Assembly: GCA_964396895.1 (NCBI GenBank)
Contig: CAYNGJ010000015.1
Coordinates: 33,831 to 97,830 of the forward strand
DNA from: an uncultured Hydrogenophaga sp.
GTDB taxonomy: Bacteria > Pseudomonadota > Gammaproteobacteria > Burkholderiales > Burkholderiaceae_C
Length of the DNA stretch: 64,000 nucleotides
Reading direction: 5' to 3'
This document shows, in pieces, positions 29,188 through 40,043 of the stretch. The notes under the pieces are model-generated. The model had not been told where the DNA came from and did no database searches. It worked only from the letters and a program-made list of their open reading frames with translations. The position numbers and the translations under genes are program-made. The number at the start of each line of letters is the position of its first letter. The first letter of the stretch is position 1.

Positions 29188-30390
29188 ATGCCTTCACGCA
29201 CCCCAATACACCCTGCGGCCACAGACGCCTTTGCGGACAAACCGCTGGTTGCCGATGGACTGGCTTCACCCCCCGGTGGCCCTGGTGACAGTGCTGTTGA
29301 CCAGGGGGTGGACTTTGCGGCCGTGGTCAGCGGCGAGTTCGATCAGGCAGAAGCGCTTGAGCCCGTTCCCCTGGCCAAACGCGTACTGCTGCCGGAGCCA
29401 GACAGTCCCAAGCTCCACAAAGTGCTGGCACAGGCAGGCATGGGGTCGCGACTGGAAATGGAAAAGCTCATTCTGGAGGGGCGAATTTCCGTCAATGGAC
29501 AGCCTGCCCACGTCGGCCAACGCGTGCAGTATGGCGACGTGATCAAAGTCAACGGCAAGCCATTGCGGGTGCGGCTGGCCCCACCTCCGCCGAGGGTGTT
29601 GGCGTATCACAAACCAGCTGGTGAGGTGGTGACCCATGACGACCCGCAAAACCGCCCCACAGTGTTCCGGCGCCTTCCGCGTGTCTATCAAGGCAAATGG
29701 CAGTCCGTGGGGCGCCTGGACTTGAACACGGAAGGCCTGCTGTTGTTCACCAATGCGGGCGCATTGGCCAACCAACTCATGCACCCCCGCTTTGGTCTGG
29801 AGCGGGAATATGCTGTGCGCGTGCTGGGCGCACTCAACAACGAGGAAAAGGCTAAGCTGCTGGCCGGCGTGAAACTGGAAGACGGTCCTGCCCAATTCAA
29901 GACCATCGAGGACGGCGGCGGTGACGGTGCCAACTGCTGGTACCGGGTGACCATCGCCGAAGGCCGCAATAGGGAAGTGCGACGCATGTTTGAAGCCATC
30001 GGCCATGCCGTGAGCCGACTGATTCGCATTCGGTATGGTGCCGTGGTGTTGCCGCGCGGCCTCAAGCGCGGTGCCTGGGTAGAACTGGACGCCGCAGACA
30101 TTGACTCGCTCACCCGGGCGGTGGATGGTCGTTCTTCTAAGCCAGCCGCGCCGGATGCCAGGGCTTTGCCTGGTGGACGTGGCCGTCCCGGACGCTCGGG
30201 CGACACGGGCAGTCGAATGTTTGGTAAAGCCGCCGTGACCAAAAACAAGGTGGCGGGGGCCTCTGGTGAGCCAGATCCGTTGAAAACATCCGTCGGCTAC
30301 ATCGGCACCGACGCCATCAAAAAGCAGCGGGAGCGGCAGCTTCGCCACGGACGCCCCAAGGCGGGTGGTGGTGGCGGGCGCAGCCGCTGA
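29188..30390 (+). CDS. rluB: 23S rRNA pseudouridine(2605) synthase RluB with an Arg/Gly-rich tail
   Basis: It has an S4 domain (LHKVLAQAGMGSRLEMEKLILEGRISVNG) and GRLDLNTEGLLLFTN. Confidence 0.9.
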   Translation: MPSRTPIHPAATDAFADKPLVADGLASPPGGPGDSAVDQGVDFAAVVSGEFDQAEALEPVPLAKRVLLPEPDSPKLHKVLAQAGMGSRLEMEKLILEGRISVNGQPAHVGQRVQYGDVIKVNGKPLRVRLAPPPPRVLAYHKPAGEVVTHDDPQNRPTVFRRLPRVYQGKWQSVGRLDLNTEGLLLFTNAGALANQLMHPRFGLEREYAVRVLGALNNEEKAKLLAGVKLEDGPAQFKTIEDGGGDGANCWYRVTIAEGRNREVRRMFEAIGHAVSRLIRIRYGAVVLPRGLKRGAWVELDAADIDSLTRAVDGRSSKPAAPDARALPGGRGRPGRSGDTGSRMFGKAAVTKNKVAGASGEPDPLKTSVGYIGTDAIKKQRERQLRHGRPKAGGGGGRSR

Positions 30391-30482
30391 AGGCTGCCCT
30401 GGCGCAACCGAGGCTCTGATGCTTGTGGTCCACGGTAAAATCGTGGGCTTGACTCTTTTTTCATTCTCAATAAGGAAAAACC

Positions 30483-30908
30483 ATGGCGATCGAACGCACC
30501 CTCTCCATCATCAAACCCGATGCCGTAGCCAAAAACGTGATCGGACAAATTTACGCACGTTTTGAAGCCGCTGGCCTCAAAGTCGTGGCCGCCAAAATGG
30601 CCCACCTCTCCCGCAACGAGGCGGAAGCGTTTTACGCCGTGCACAAAGCGCGTCCTTTCTTCAAAGACCTGGTCGATTTCATGATCTCCGGCCCCGTGAT
30701 GATCCAGGCACTGGAAGGCGAGGGCGCCATTGGCAAGAACCGTGACCTGATGGGTGCCACCGACCCCAAGAAAGCCGATGCGGGCACCATTCGTGCTGAC
30801 TTCGCTGACAGCATTGACGCCAACGCCGTCCATGGTTCAGACGCCCCTGAAACAGCACAGGCTGAAGTGGCTTTCTTCTTCCCTGGCATGAACGTCTACT
30901 CTCGTTGA
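30483..30908 (+). CDS. ndk: nucleoside-diphosphate kinase
   Basis: [15 protein letters not shown]...NAVHGSD (active-site His). Confidence 0.98.
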   Translation: MAIERTLSIIKPDAVAKNVIGQIYARFEAAGLKVVAAKMAHLSRNEAEAFYAVHKARPFFKDLVDFMISGPVMIQALEGEGAIGKNRDLMGATDPKKADAGTIRADFADSIDANAVHGSDAPETAQAEVAFFFPGMNVYSR

Positions 30909-30909
30909 G

Positions 30910-32055
30910 ATGACAGCGGCCAACCTGCTTGACTTTGATCTGGAAGGTCTGGCCGCTTTTTGTGAGCGGCTTGGTGAAAAGCGCTTTCGCGCGGTTCAAT
31001 TGTTTCGCTGGATTCACCAAAAAGGCCAGAGTGACTTTGACCAGATGAGTGATCTGGCCAAGTCGTTGCGCACCAAGTTGGCGGGCCACGCCACAGTGCA
31101 GGCACTGCCGGTCCTGTCGTGCCAAGAGTCGGCCGATGGCACCATCAAATGGCTGTTCGACGTCGGTGCTGGCGACGCAGTAGAAACCGTGTTCATTCCC
31201 GAAGACGATCGCGCCACTTTGTGCATCTCTTCGCAAGCAGGCTGTGCCGTGGGCTGCCGGTTTTGCTCCACCGGGCACCAGGGGTTCAGCAGAAACCTGA
31301 CCACCGCAGAAATTGTGGCTCAGCTGTGGTATGCGGAGCACTTTCTCAGGCAACGCAGAGGCATTGATGAGCGCGTCATCTCCAACGTGGTGATGATGGG
31401 CATGGGTGAGCCGTTGCAAAACTACTCAGCACTGCTCCCTGCGCTCAGGACCATGCTGGATGACCACGGTTATGGGCTGTCGCGCAGGCGGGTCACGGTG
31501 TCCACGTCGGGTGTGGTGCCCATGATGGACAGGTTGTCCGCCGATTGTCCGGTTGCCTTGGCCGTTTCGCTGCACGCCCCCAACGACGAGCTTCGAAATT
31601 CATTGGTCCCCCTGAACAAGAAATACCCCCTGCACGAATTGCTGGATGCTTGCTTGCGGTACTTGCCCAGGGCGCCCAGGGACTTCATCACCTTCGAATA
31701 CTGCATGTTGGCCGGCGTCAATGACCAAGCCGAACATGCCGAGCAATTGGTCACTTTGCTGAGGGATCACGGCGAACGTGGAGTGGCTTGCAAAATCAAC
31801 CTGATTCCATTCAATCCGTTTGCCGACTCGGGTTTGCTGTGCTCCAGCAAGGACGTGGTACAGGCGTTTGCCAAGCAATTGAGCAGCGCGGGCCTCGTTA
31901 CCACGGTGCGAAAAACACGCGGCGACGACATTGATGCCGCGTGCGGTCAACTCGCGGGTGATGTCAAGGACAGAACCAAGGCGCAAGAGCGCATGTTGGC
32001 CATGCGCCGTGTCACGGCAGCGCCCGTTCAATGGTTTCCAAAAGGAGGGGGATGA
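30910..32055 (+). CDS. rlmN: dual-specificity RNA methyltransferase RlmN (radical SAM)
   Basis: It has the [18 protein letters not shown] cluster motif and a C-terminal DIDAACGQL. Confidence 0.96.
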   Translation: MTAANLLDFDLEGLAAFCERLGEKRFRAVQLFRWIHQKGQSDFDQMSDLAKSLRTKLAGHATVQALPVLSCQESADGTIKWLFDVGAGDAVETVFIPEDDRATLCISSQAGCAVGCRFCSTGHQGFSRNLTTAEIVAQLWYAEHFLRQRRGIDERVISNVVMMGMGEPLQNYSALLPALRTMLDDHGYGLSRRRVTVSTSGVVPMMDRLSADCPVALAVSLHAPNDELRNSLVPLNKKYPLHELLDACLRYLPRAPRDFITFEYCMLAGVNDQAEHAEQLVTLLRDHGERGVACKINLIPFNPFADSGLLCSSKDVVQAFAKQLSSAGLVTTVRKTRGDDIDAACGQLAGDVKDRTKAQERMLAMRRVTAAPVQWFPKGGG

Positions 32056-32864
32056 TGACGCTTGCCCGGTTTTTCTGGCATTGGGCCCCTGCTGCACTGT
32101 TGGTGCTGGTGGTTGGCTGTGCCGCGCCGCCTCAGGGTGCTTACACGGCGGGCTCGGGTCAAGACCTGACCACCGACTCGGACGAAAGTGAAGCCCGCAA
32201 ACGTGCCCGCTTGCGGGTGGAACTGGCCAGTGGGTATTTTGAACAGGGCCAAACCACAGTCGCACTCGATGAAATCAAGCAGGCCTTGAACGCCGATCCA
32301 GCTTATGCACCGGCGTTCAATCTGCGCGGGCTGGCCTATTTGCGCCTGTCGGAATTCCGACTCGCCGAGGACAGCTTCCGCACGGCTCTCAGGATCAACC
32401 CGCGGGACGCGGGTGTGGCGCACAACCTCGGCTGGATGCTGTGTCAGCAGTCCAAATTTGCAGAGGCCATGGGCTTGTTCGGGCAGGCGCTGGCCAATCC
32501 CATTTACCCCGGCCAGGCCAAAACCCTGATGGCTCAGGGTATCTGCCAGGCGCGTGCTGGCCAGGTCCTTGAGGCAGAATCTTCCCTCTCGCGCTCCTTT
32601 GAGCTCGATGCCGCCAACCCGGTGACCGCTTTCAATCTGGCCAAGTTATTGGCGCAGCGCGGTGATCTGCCCAAGGCGCAGTTTCATTTGCGTCGTCTGA
32701 ACAACAGCGACTTGGCCAATGCCGAAACCCTGTGGCAAGGCATCAAAGTCGAGAGAAGGCTCGGCAACGCCGTGGCCGAAAGACAACTTGGTGACCAACT
32801 CAAACGCCGTTACCCCCAGTCCAAAGAGCTGGGGTGGTACGAGCGAGGTGCTTTTGATGAATGA
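32052..32864 (+). CDS. pilW: type IV pilus biogenesis/stability TPR lipoprotein PilW (PilF-type)
   Basis: It has a lipobox (VVGCAAP) and TPR repeats, and sits in the conserved slot between rlmN and rodZ/ispG. Confidence 0.8.
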   Translation: MMTLARFFWHWAPAALLVLVVGCAAPPQGAYTAGSGQDLTTDSDESEARKRARLRVELASGYFEQGQTTVALDEIKQALNADPAYAPAFNLRGLAYLRLSEFRLAEDSFRTALRINPRDAGVAHNLGWMLCQQSKFAEAMGLFGQALANPIYPGQAKTLMAQGICQARAGQVLEAESSLSRSFELDAANPVTAFNLAKLLAQRGDLPKAQFHLRRLNNSDLANAETLWQGIKVERRLGNAVAERQLGDQLKRRYPQSKELGWYERGAFDE

Positions 32865-33798
32865 CAACGTGCGCAACGACGCCAACTCTCCCACTCAGTC
32901 CATCTCCGGAACAACCCCGAAAGCCGACCCCATGGGCTCCGAGTCTGCTGGCAGCCTTTTGCGCGCGGCACGTGAGCGCTCGGGACTCCACATTGCTGCG
33001 CTGGCTGCGGCATTGAAGGTTCCCGTCCGCAAGTTGGAGGCTTTGGAGTCGAACCGCTGGGAAGAGTTGACCGATGCCACGTTCACGCGGGCGCTGGCGT
33101 CCAGCGTGGCACGTCATCTGAAGGCCGATCCCGTGGCCATTCTGGCGGCATTGCCTTCTCACCACCCTGTGCCATTGGTCATTTCTGATGGGCTCGGCAA
33201 AGCCGCGCCTGACCACAAGCTGCGGACATCGCAGGGTGGAAAACCGCTGATCTGGGCCATTGCCGTGCTGTTGCTGGGCTCGGTGGGCATGTATTTATTC
33301 CCCCATGTCTGGCCCACTGAAACCCCAGTGGTTGCCGAAACCGCTTCAGCCATGCCTGACACGTTGCCGACAGCGCCCCTTCAGATGGAGAACAGTCCAC
33401 CAGCCGCTCTTTCGGATGCGGGTGCGGTGACGCCCAATGGTGCCGTGGTCGGCAACCTGCCCCAGCCCGCTGAAGCGGCGCCTGTGGCCGCTGCTCTGGT
33501 GGTGACAGCTCCCGTGGCTGCCACCGAGGTCAAAGTGGCGCCAACCGTCACCGGCGGCTCACTGCCCCTGATGGTGCTCAAGGCCAGCCGCGATACCTGG
33601 GTGGAGGCCACTGACAACACCGGACGTTTGCGCATCCAGCGCGTGGTCAAGGCCGGAGAAGAGCTTGCCTTCACCGATGCCGCCGCACTGTCCGTCGTCA
33701 TTGGCAACGCGGCGGGGGCACAGGTCGAAGTCCGAGGCAAGCCCTTGGACCTGGCGGCTGTGGCCAAAAACAACATTGCACGCTTCGAGGTCAAATGA
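32857..33798 (+). CDS. rodZ: RodZ-like helix-turn-helix cytoskeleton protein
   Basis: Starts at ATG 32857. It has an N-terminal HTH ([35 protein letters not shown]), a TM segment and a C-terminal DUF4115-like part. Confidence 0.8.
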   Translation: MNDNVRNDANSPTQSISGTTPKADPMGSESAGSLLRAARERSGLHIAALAAALKVPVRKLEALESNRWEELTDATFTRALASSVARHLKADPVAILAALPSHHPVPLVISDGLGKAAPDHKLRTSQGGKPLIWAIAVLLLGSVGMYLFPHVWPTETPVVAETASAMPDTLPTAPLQMENSPPAALSDAGAVTPNGAVVGNLPQPAEAAPVAAALVVTAPVAATEVKVAPTVTGGSLPLMVLKASRDTWVEATDNTGRLRIQRVVKAGEELAFTDAAALSVVIGNAAGAQVEVRGKPLDLAAVAKNNIARFEVK

Positions 33799-35084
33799 CA
33801 TTGCCTGCGTCTCCTGAAACATGGGCCGGGTCGGATGAGCCCATTGCTTTGCCTTCGCCTGTGCCCTCCAACACCCACGCCGTGATGGTGTCTTGGGGGG
33901 AGCGGCACGTTCAGATCGGCGGTGGTGCCCCGGTGCGCATCCAGTCCATGACCAATACCGACACCGCCGATGCGGTCGGCACCGCCATCCAGGTCAAGGA
34001 GTTGGCGCTCGCGGGTTCTGAGCTGGTGCGCATCACCGTCAACAACGAAGAAGCGGCACGGGCGGTGCCTTACATCCGCGAACAGCTGGACCGCATGGGC
34101 GTAGATGTGCCGTTGGTGGGAGATTTCCATTACAACGGCCACCGCCTGTTGGCCGACTTCCCCGATTGCGCGCAGGCCCTGTCCAAGTACCGAATCAACC
34201 CCGGCAACGTGGGCAAGGGCGACAAACGCGATCGCCAGTTTCTGCAAATGATCGAAACGGCAGCCCGGTTGGACAAGGCGGTGCGCATCGGCGTGAATTG
34301 GGGCAGTTTGGACCAGGAGCTGCTGGGCCGACTGATGGACGCCAACAGCCAGCGCACCGTGCCTTGGGATGCGCGCCAGGTCATGTACGAGGCCCTCATT
34401 TCCTCGGCACTGGACTCCGCAGCGCAAGCAGAAGCCGCAGGTTTGCCGGCCAACCGCATCATCCTGTCCTGCAAGGTCAGTGGGGTCCAAGACCTGATCG
34501 CGGTCTACCAAAGCCTGGCCCAACGTTGCCGCTATTCCCTGCACCTGGGTTTGACCGAAGCCGGCATGGGCACCAAAGGCACTGTGGCATCGGCCACCGC
34601 ACTGGCCATTCTGTTGCAACAGGGCATTGGCGACACCATCCGTGTATCGCTGACGCCAGAGCCGGGTGAGGCCAGGACGCAAGAGGTGGTGGTGGCGGCA
34701 GAAATTCTCCAGTCTCTCGGTTTGCGCTCGTTTGTGCCCAGTGTCACCGCCTGTCCCGGCTGTGGCCGCACCACCAGTACCACCTTTCAGGAACTGGCCA
34801 AACAAATTGACGACTACCTGCGCCGCTCCATGCCGGTGTGGCGCACCCAATATCCCGGCGTGGAATCGCTGAAGGTCGCCGTGATGGGCTGCATCGTCAA
34901 CGGCCCCGGCGAGAGCAAGCATGCGGACATCGGCATCAGCCTGCCCGGCACCGGGGAGGCCCCGGCCGCGCCCGTGTTCATCGACGGGGAAAAAAGGCTC
35001 ACCCTGCGGGGCAATGGCATTGCCCAAGAATTCCAGTCTGTGGTCGAAAACTACATCCAACAACGCTTTGGTGCCCAAGCCTGA
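33795..35084 (+). CDS. ispG: 4-hydroxy-3-methylbut-2-en-1-yl diphosphate synthase
   Basis: It has the conserved GcpE sequence, including [10 protein letters not shown] and [11 protein letters not shown]. Confidence 0.96.
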   Translation: MTLPASPETWAGSDEPIALPSPVPSNTHAVMVSWGERHVQIGGGAPVRIQSMTNTDTADAVGTAIQVKELALAGSELVRITVNNEEAARAVPYIREQLDRMGVDVPLVGDFHYNGHRLLADFPDCAQALSKYRINPGNVGKGDKRDRQFLQMIETAARLDKAVRIGVNWGSLDQELLGRLMDANSQRTVPWDARQVMYEALISSALDSAAQAEAAGLPANRIILSCKVSGVQDLIAVYQSLAQRCRYSLHLGLTEAGMGTKGTVASATALAILLQQGIGDTIRVSLTPEPGEARTQEVVVAAEILQSLGLRSFVPSVTACPGCGRTTSTTFQELAKQIDDYLRRSMPVWRTQYPGVESLKVAVMGCIVNGPGESKHADIGISLPGTGEAPAAPVFIDGEKRLTLRGNGIAQEFQSVVENYIQQRFGAQA

Positions 35085-35108
35085 CGGACAGAACACCTAT
35101 TTTTTAAC

Positions 35109-36407
35109 ATGGCCGAAAAAATCACCGCCGTCAAAGGCATGAATGACATTCTCCCTGCCGATTCGGCGGGCTGGGAATGGTTGGAGCAACACCTGCGCAC
35201 CCTCATGGTGGCCTATGGCTACCGCAACATGCGCACACCCATTGTCGAACCCACGGCGCTGTTTGTTCGTGGCCTGGGCGAAGTGACCGACATCGTGGAA
35301 AAGGAGATGTACTCCTTCGAGGACAGGCTGAATGGCGAGGCACTCACCCTCAGGCCAGAGAACACCGCAGGGGTGGTGCGTGCCGTGGTGGAGCACTCCA
35401 TGCTGTACGAAGGTGGCAAGCGGTTGTATTACATGGGGCCCATGTTTCGGCACGAAAAGCCCCAACGCGGGCGCTACCGGCAGTTTCACCAGTTTGGCGC
35501 CGAGGCCTTGGGGTTTGCCGGGCCTGACGTGGATGCAGAGCTCATCCTCATGGCCTGCGACCTGTGGCAACGCCTGGGTCTGCGGGGGATTCGGCTGGAG
35601 ATCAACAGTTTGGGCCAGCCTGCGGAGCGTCTGCAGCACCGGCAGGCCCTGATCAGTCATTTCGAGGCGCATGCCGACGTGCTGGACGAGGACGCCCGTC
35701 GCCGTCTGCACAGCAATCCCTTGCGCATTCTGGACACCAAAAACCCCGCTATGCAGGCCATGGTCAACTCGGCCCCTCGCCTGATGGACTGTCTGGGCGA
35801 AGCGTCACTGGCCCATTTCAACGGCCTGCGCGCCATCCTGGATGCCAATGGCGTGGCCTACACCATCAACCCCCGACTGGTGCGGGGCATGGATTACTAC
35901 AACCTGTCGGTGTTTGAGTTTGTGACCGACCAGTTGGGGGCGCAGGGCACAGTGTGTGCCGGCGGCCGCTACGATGGCTTGGTGGCCCAGGTGGGCGGCA
36001 AGCCCGCACCGGCGGTGGGTTGGGCATTGGGCATGGAGCGCATTCTCGAATTGCTCAAGGTGGACAGCCTGTTGCCCGCGCCCCAGCCAGTGGACGTGTT
36101 TGCCGTGGTGCCGGATGCGTCTGCCGCGCCTGTTGTGGCACGCGTGTTGCGCGCACTGCGGCAGCAGGGTGTGAACGTGCAAATGCACGCAGCGGGCGCG
36201 GACGGCCAGGGCAGCATGAAGTCCCAGTTCAAAAAGGCGGATGCCAGCCAGGCACCGTTTGCCCTGATTTTTGGCCAAGACGAATTGTCACAACAGCGGG
36301 TGGCCCTCAAACCCCTGCGCGCCGATGCCGATGGCAATGCGGGCGCCCAGCGCCTGCTGGACTTGGCCACCGTTGACCATTGGGCCGCTGAACTGAAGCG
36401 GTCCTGA
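35109..36407 (+). CDS. hisS: histidine--tRNA ligase
   Basis: Supporting motifs are [33 protein letters not shown] and AGGRYDGL. Confidence 0.97.
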   Translation: MAEKITAVKGMNDILPADSAGWEWLEQHLRTLMVAYGYRNMRTPIVEPTALFVRGLGEVTDIVEKEMYSFEDRLNGEALTLRPENTAGVVRAVVEHSMLYEGGKRLYYMGPMFRHEKPQRGRYRQFHQFGAEALGFAGPDVDAELILMACDLWQRLGLRGIRLEINSLGQPAERLQHRQALISHFEAHADVLDEDARRRLHSNPLRILDTKNPAMQAMVNSAPRLMDCLGEASLAHFNGLRAILDANGVAYTINPRLVRGMDYYNLSVFEFVTDQLGAQGTVCAGGRYDGLVAQVGGKPAPAVGWALGMERILELLKVDSLLPAPQPVDVFAVVPDASAAPVVARVLRALRQQGVNVQMHAAGADGQGSMKSQFKKADASQAPFALIFGQDELSQQRVALKPLRADADGNAGAQRLLDLATVDHWAAELKRS

Positions 36408-36470
36408 CCATTTTCGGGTGCGGAGCCCTTCCCACCTAGAATCCCTCACTTCCACCACCACGTACCTTTC

Positions 36471-37133
36471 ATGGCCCAAAGTCTCGATCTCGAAGAACAG
36501 GAACAGCTTGACCAGATCAAGCACTTCTGGAAACGCTACGGCAACCTCATCACCTGGGTGCTGCTGGCCGCCAGCGTGTCCTTTGCTGCGTGGAATGGCT
36601 GGCAGTTCTGGCAGCACAAGCAGGCCTCGGGCGCAGCCGTCCTGTTCGATGAAATCGAAAGGGCCGTGGCGGACAAGGACGCCACCCGCATGGAGCGCAC
36701 CCTGACTGACATGAAGGCGCAATTTGGCAGCACGGTCTATGCCCAGCAGGGGGCTTTGCTGGCTGCGCATGGCCTGTCCGCCGCAGGCGATGCCCCCAAA
36801 GCCCGGCAGGCCCTGGAATGGGCCGCCGGGCAAAACAAGGACGAAGGCCTGCAGGCGATTGCCCGCCTGCGTCTGGCGGGTTTGCTGATGGAAAATGGCA
36901 CCCCCGAAGAGGCCAAAAAGTCGCTGGAGGCGACCATGCCCACTGCCTTCGAGGGCCTGCTGGCGGATCGCCAGGGCGACCTGCACCTGCGGGCCGGTCA
37001 GTCTGACCAGGCCCGTCAAGCCTACCTCAAGGCCTACCAACTGCTGGCCGACACCACGGAGTACCGTCGCCTGGTGGAAATCAAGCTCAACGCACTGGGC
37101 GTGGACCCCACACCGGCCGCCGCCAAGTCATGA
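36471..37133 (+). CDS. YfgM-family membrane-anchored TPR-like protein
   Basis: The N-terminus EEQEQLDQIKHFWKRYGNLITWVLLAA is followed by a TM segment. It occupies the conserved position between hisS and bamB. Confidence 0.8.
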   Translation: MAQSLDLEEQEQLDQIKHFWKRYGNLITWVLLAASVSFAAWNGWQFWQHKQASGAAVLFDEIERAVADKDATRMERTLTDMKAQFGSTVYAQQGALLAAHGLSAAGDAPKARQALEWAAGQNKDEGLQAIARLRLAGLLMENGTPEEAKKSLEATMPTAFEGLLADRQGDLHLRAGQSDQARQAYLKAYQLLADTTEYRRLVEIKLNALGVDPTPAAAKS

Positions 37134-38284
37134 CCCATCATAATTTGAGGAAAAATATGCCTCTAGCGCTTATATATAAAGGCTTTTCAGCTATTGTTAT
37201 TGCAAGCGCCTTGGTGGCATGCTCCTCATCGGGCAACCGACCCAAGCCAGCCGAGCTGACCCCTTTGCTGCCCATGATGTCGGTGCGCCAGGTTTGGGTG
37301 AACCCGGTGGGCGCCAGTGCCACCCCCATGACGCTCTCGGTGAACGGTGACCGCGTGTCCGTCGCCTCCGGCAACGGTACCGTGGCCCAGGTGGATGTGA
37401 ACACCGGTGCCGATGTCTGGCGCGTGGTCTTGGGCACGCCGCTGTCTGCGGGCGTCGGTTCTGATGGCCACATGGCCGCAGTCGTCAGCCAACGCAACGA
37501 CCTGATTGCGCTGGTGGCGGGCAAAGAAGTGTGGCGCCAGCGCTTGCCCTCGGCCGCCTACACCGCGCCATTGGTGGCCGGGCAACGGGTGTTTGTGCTG
37601 GGCGCAGACCGCTCTGTCACCGCGTTTGACGGCAACTCAGGCGCCCGTTTGTGGACCCAGTCCCGCACTGGCGAACCGCTGGTGCTTCGCCAGTCTGGCG
37701 TGCTGCTCGCGGTGGGCGACACACTGGTGGCGGGTTTGGGTGGCCGCATGGTTGGATTCAACCCCAACAACGGCAACACCCGCTGGGACGTGCAGCTCGC
37801 CGTGCCCAAAGGTGCCAATGACATCGAGCGCATGGTGGATTTGGTGGGCCCCATCAGCCGCGCTGGCAATGAGGTCTGCGCGCGCGCTTTCCAGACCGCA
37901 ATTGCCTGCGTCGACGCCCAGCGTGGTCGCCTGAAATGGACACAAGCCGCCGATGGCCGCAGTGGCCTGGGCGGAGACGAGCGCTGGCTGTTTGGTGCTG
38001 AGTCTGATGGGCGAGTCGTCGCTTGGCAGCGCGACACTGGCCAAAAGGCTTGGACATACTCTGGTCTGCTGCACCGTAACGCCCTCAGCCCCTTGCTGCT
38101 GGGCCGCTCACTGGCCACTGCAGACGGGTTCGGTTTTATTCACCTGCTGTCCCGGGAAGACGGCAGTCCCATGGCCCGCCTGACCACCGATGGTTCCCCC
38201 ATCCACACCGCCCCTGTGCTGGCCGGTGACACCCTGCTGGCCCTCACGCAAAATGGCAATATGTTTGCCTGGCGTCCACAATAA
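37130..38284 (+). CDS. bamB: outer membrane protein assembly factor BamB
   Basis: It has a lipoprotein signal peptide (..IASALVACSS) and PQQ-like beta-propeller repeats. The start is ATG 37130 (ATGA overlap with yfgM) or ATG 37157. Confidence 0.92.
   Translation: MTHHNLRKNMPLALIYKGFSAIVIASALVACSSSGNRPKPAELTPLLPMMSVRQVWVNPVGASATPMTLSVNGDRVSVASGNGTVAQVDVNTGADVWRVVLGTPLSAGVGSDGHMAAVVSQRNDLIALVAGKEVWRQRLPSAAYTAPLVAGQRVFVLGADRSVTAFDGNSGARLWTQSRTGEPLVLRQSGVLLAVGDTLVAGLGGRMVGFNPNNGNTRWDVQLAVPKGANDIERMVDLVGPISRAGNEVCARAFQTAIACVDAQRGRLKWTQAADGRSGLGGDERWLFGAESDGRVVAWQRDTGQKAWTYSGLLHRNALSPLLLGRSLATADGFGFIHLLSREDGSPMARLTTDGSPIHTAPVLAGDTLLALTQNGNMFAWRPQ
37151..37202 (+). repeat. AT-rich repeat copy R5, lying inside the bamB signal-peptide coding region
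   Basis: AAAAATATGCCTCTAGCGCTTATATATAAAGGCTTTTCAGCTATTGTTATTG is translated as (K)NMPLALIYKGFSAIVI. Confidence 0.85.
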
Positions 38285-38323
38285 CGGACCACTCGGTCCA
38301 ACCACTACCCGAATTTTTCAGTT

Positions 38324-39661
38324 TTGAAACCCGTTCTGGCCCTCGTCGGGCGCCCCAATGTGGGCAAATCCACCCTGTTCAACCGCCTGACCAAGTCCAG
38401 GGATGCCATCGTGGCCGATTTCGCCGGCCTCACGCGCGATCGGCACTACGGCAATGGCCGGTTGGGCAACCGCGAGTTCATCGTGGTCGACACCGGTGGA
38501 TTTGAACCCGATGCCGGTGACGGCAGCATCTACAAGGAAATGGCGAAGCAAACCCGCCAAGCGGTGGCCGAGGCAGACGTGGTCATGTTTGTGGTGGATG
38601 CCCGCGCCGGTGTCAGTGCCCAAGACCACGACATTGCCAACTACCTTCGGCGGCTGGGCAAGCCCTGTTTGCTGGTGGCCAACAAGGCCGAGGGCATGCA
38701 GGACGGTGTCAAATTGTCCGAGTTCTTTGAGCTGGGTTTGGGCGAAGTGCTGGCCGTGTCGGCCTCCCATGGCCAGGGTGTTCGCTCCCTGACCGAAGTG
38801 GCCCTGGACCTGTTGCCACCGGTGCCGGAAGACGATGACACCCCCGAAGACCCCAGCGTGATCAAGCTCGCCGTGGCCGGTCGGCCCAACGTGGGCAAGA
38901 GCACACTCATCAATGCTTGGCTGGGAGAGGAGCGTCTGGTGGCCTACGACATGCCGGGCACCACGCGCGACGCCATTTCCATCCCGTTTGAGCGCGACGG
39001 CCGCAAATTCGAACTGATCGACACGGCTGGCATACGCCGCAAGGGCAAGGTGTTTGAGGCCATTGAGAAATTCTCCGTCGTCAAAACCCTGCAAGCCATC
39101 GAAAACGCCCATGTGGTGTTGCTGCTGTTGGATGCCACGCAGGGGGTGACCGAGCAGGACGCGCACATCGCTGGCTTCATTTTGGAGAGCGGGCGGGCGG
39201 TGGTGCTGGCCATCAACAAATGGGATGCCGTGGACGAGTACCAGCGGCAGGTGGTGGAGCGGTCGGTTGAACAGCGCTTGGCCTTCATGAAGTTCGCCGC
39301 CATGCACCTCATTTCTGCCAAAAAACGGCAGGGACTGGCCCCGGTCTGGAAGTCCATCGCCCAGGCCCACGAAGCTGCGAACCGGAAAATGCCCACCCCC
39401 GTGCTGACCCGCCTGCTGCTGGAAGCGCTGCAATTTCAGGCGCCACAACGGGGTGGCATGTACCGGCCCAAGCCACGGTACGCGCACCAGGGTGGCATGA
39501 ACCCACCGGTGATCGTCATCCATGGCAACTCGCTGGAAAACATCACCGAGTCGTACAAGCGTTTTCTGGAAGGACGTTTCCGCAAAGCCTTTGACTTGGT
39601 GGGTACGCCACTGCGGATTGAGATGAAAACCTCGGACAATCCCTACAAAGACCAAGATTGA
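38324..39661 (+). CDS. der: ribosome biogenesis GTPase Der (EngA)
   Basis: It has two GTPase domains ([12 protein letters not shown] and [12 protein letters not shown]) and a KH-like C-terminus. Confidence 0.97.
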   Translation: MKPVLALVGRPNVGKSTLFNRLTKSRDAIVADFAGLTRDRHYGNGRLGNREFIVVDTGGFEPDAGDGSIYKEMAKQTRQAVAEADVVMFVVDARAGVSAQDHDIANYLRRLGKPCLLVANKAEGMQDGVKLSEFFELGLGEVLAVSASHGQGVRSLTEVALDLLPPVPEDDDTPEDPSVIKLAVAGRPNVGKSTLINAWLGEERLVAYDMPGTTRDAISIPFERDGRKFELIDTAGIRRKGKVFEAIEKFSVVKTLQAIENAHVVLLLLDATQGVTEQDAHIAGFILESGRAVVLAINKWDAVDEYQRQVVERSVEQRLAFMKFAAMHLISAKKRQGLAPVWKSIAQAHEAANRKMPTPVLTRLLLEALQFQAPQRGGMYRPKPRYAHQGGMNPPVIVIHGNSLENITESYKRFLEGRFRKAFDLVGTPLRIEMKTSDNPYKDQD

Positions 39662-39734
39662 AGGTGGGGCCAACCGCAGCCCGCGAGGCTGTGGTATGGT
39701 CCTATCCCCATCACTTTTGAACACGGAACATATC

Positions 39735-39989
39735 GTGAGCAATAACAAAGGCCAACTCTTGCAAGACCCTTTTCTGAACCAGCTCCGGCGCGAACATGTG
39801 CCGGTATCCATTTACCTGGTCAACGGCATCAAGCTGCAAGGGCAAATCGAATCTTTCGATCAGTACGTGGTACTGCTGCGCAACACCGTGACCCAAATGG
39901 TCTACAAGCACGCCATTTCCACCATCGTACCCGGGCGCCCCGTGCAGTTTTCTGCTGCGCCTGCTGACGAAAGCACCTCAGCCAGCTGA
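39735..39989 (+). CDS. hfq: RNA chaperone Hfq
   Basis: GTG start at 39735. The sequence reads [47 protein letters not shown]. Confidence 0.97.
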   Translation: MSNNKGQLLQDPFLNQLRREHVPVSIYLVNGIKLQGQIESFDQYVVLLRNTVTQMVYKHAISTIVPGRPVQFSAAPADESTSAS

Positions 39990-40043
39990 TCTGCTCTGGC
40001 CTCCGAAAACGGTGGCCACAGCCTGCCCACCGCTTTCGCACCA

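Noticed and set aside
33381-35096. A 571-aa minus-strand ORF opposite ispG/rodZ.
   Set aside because: It is an antisense artefact, and ispG on the + strand is unambiguous.
38318-39811. A 497-aa minus-strand ORF opposite der/hfq.
   Set aside because: It is an antisense artefact, and der and hfq on the + strand are certain.
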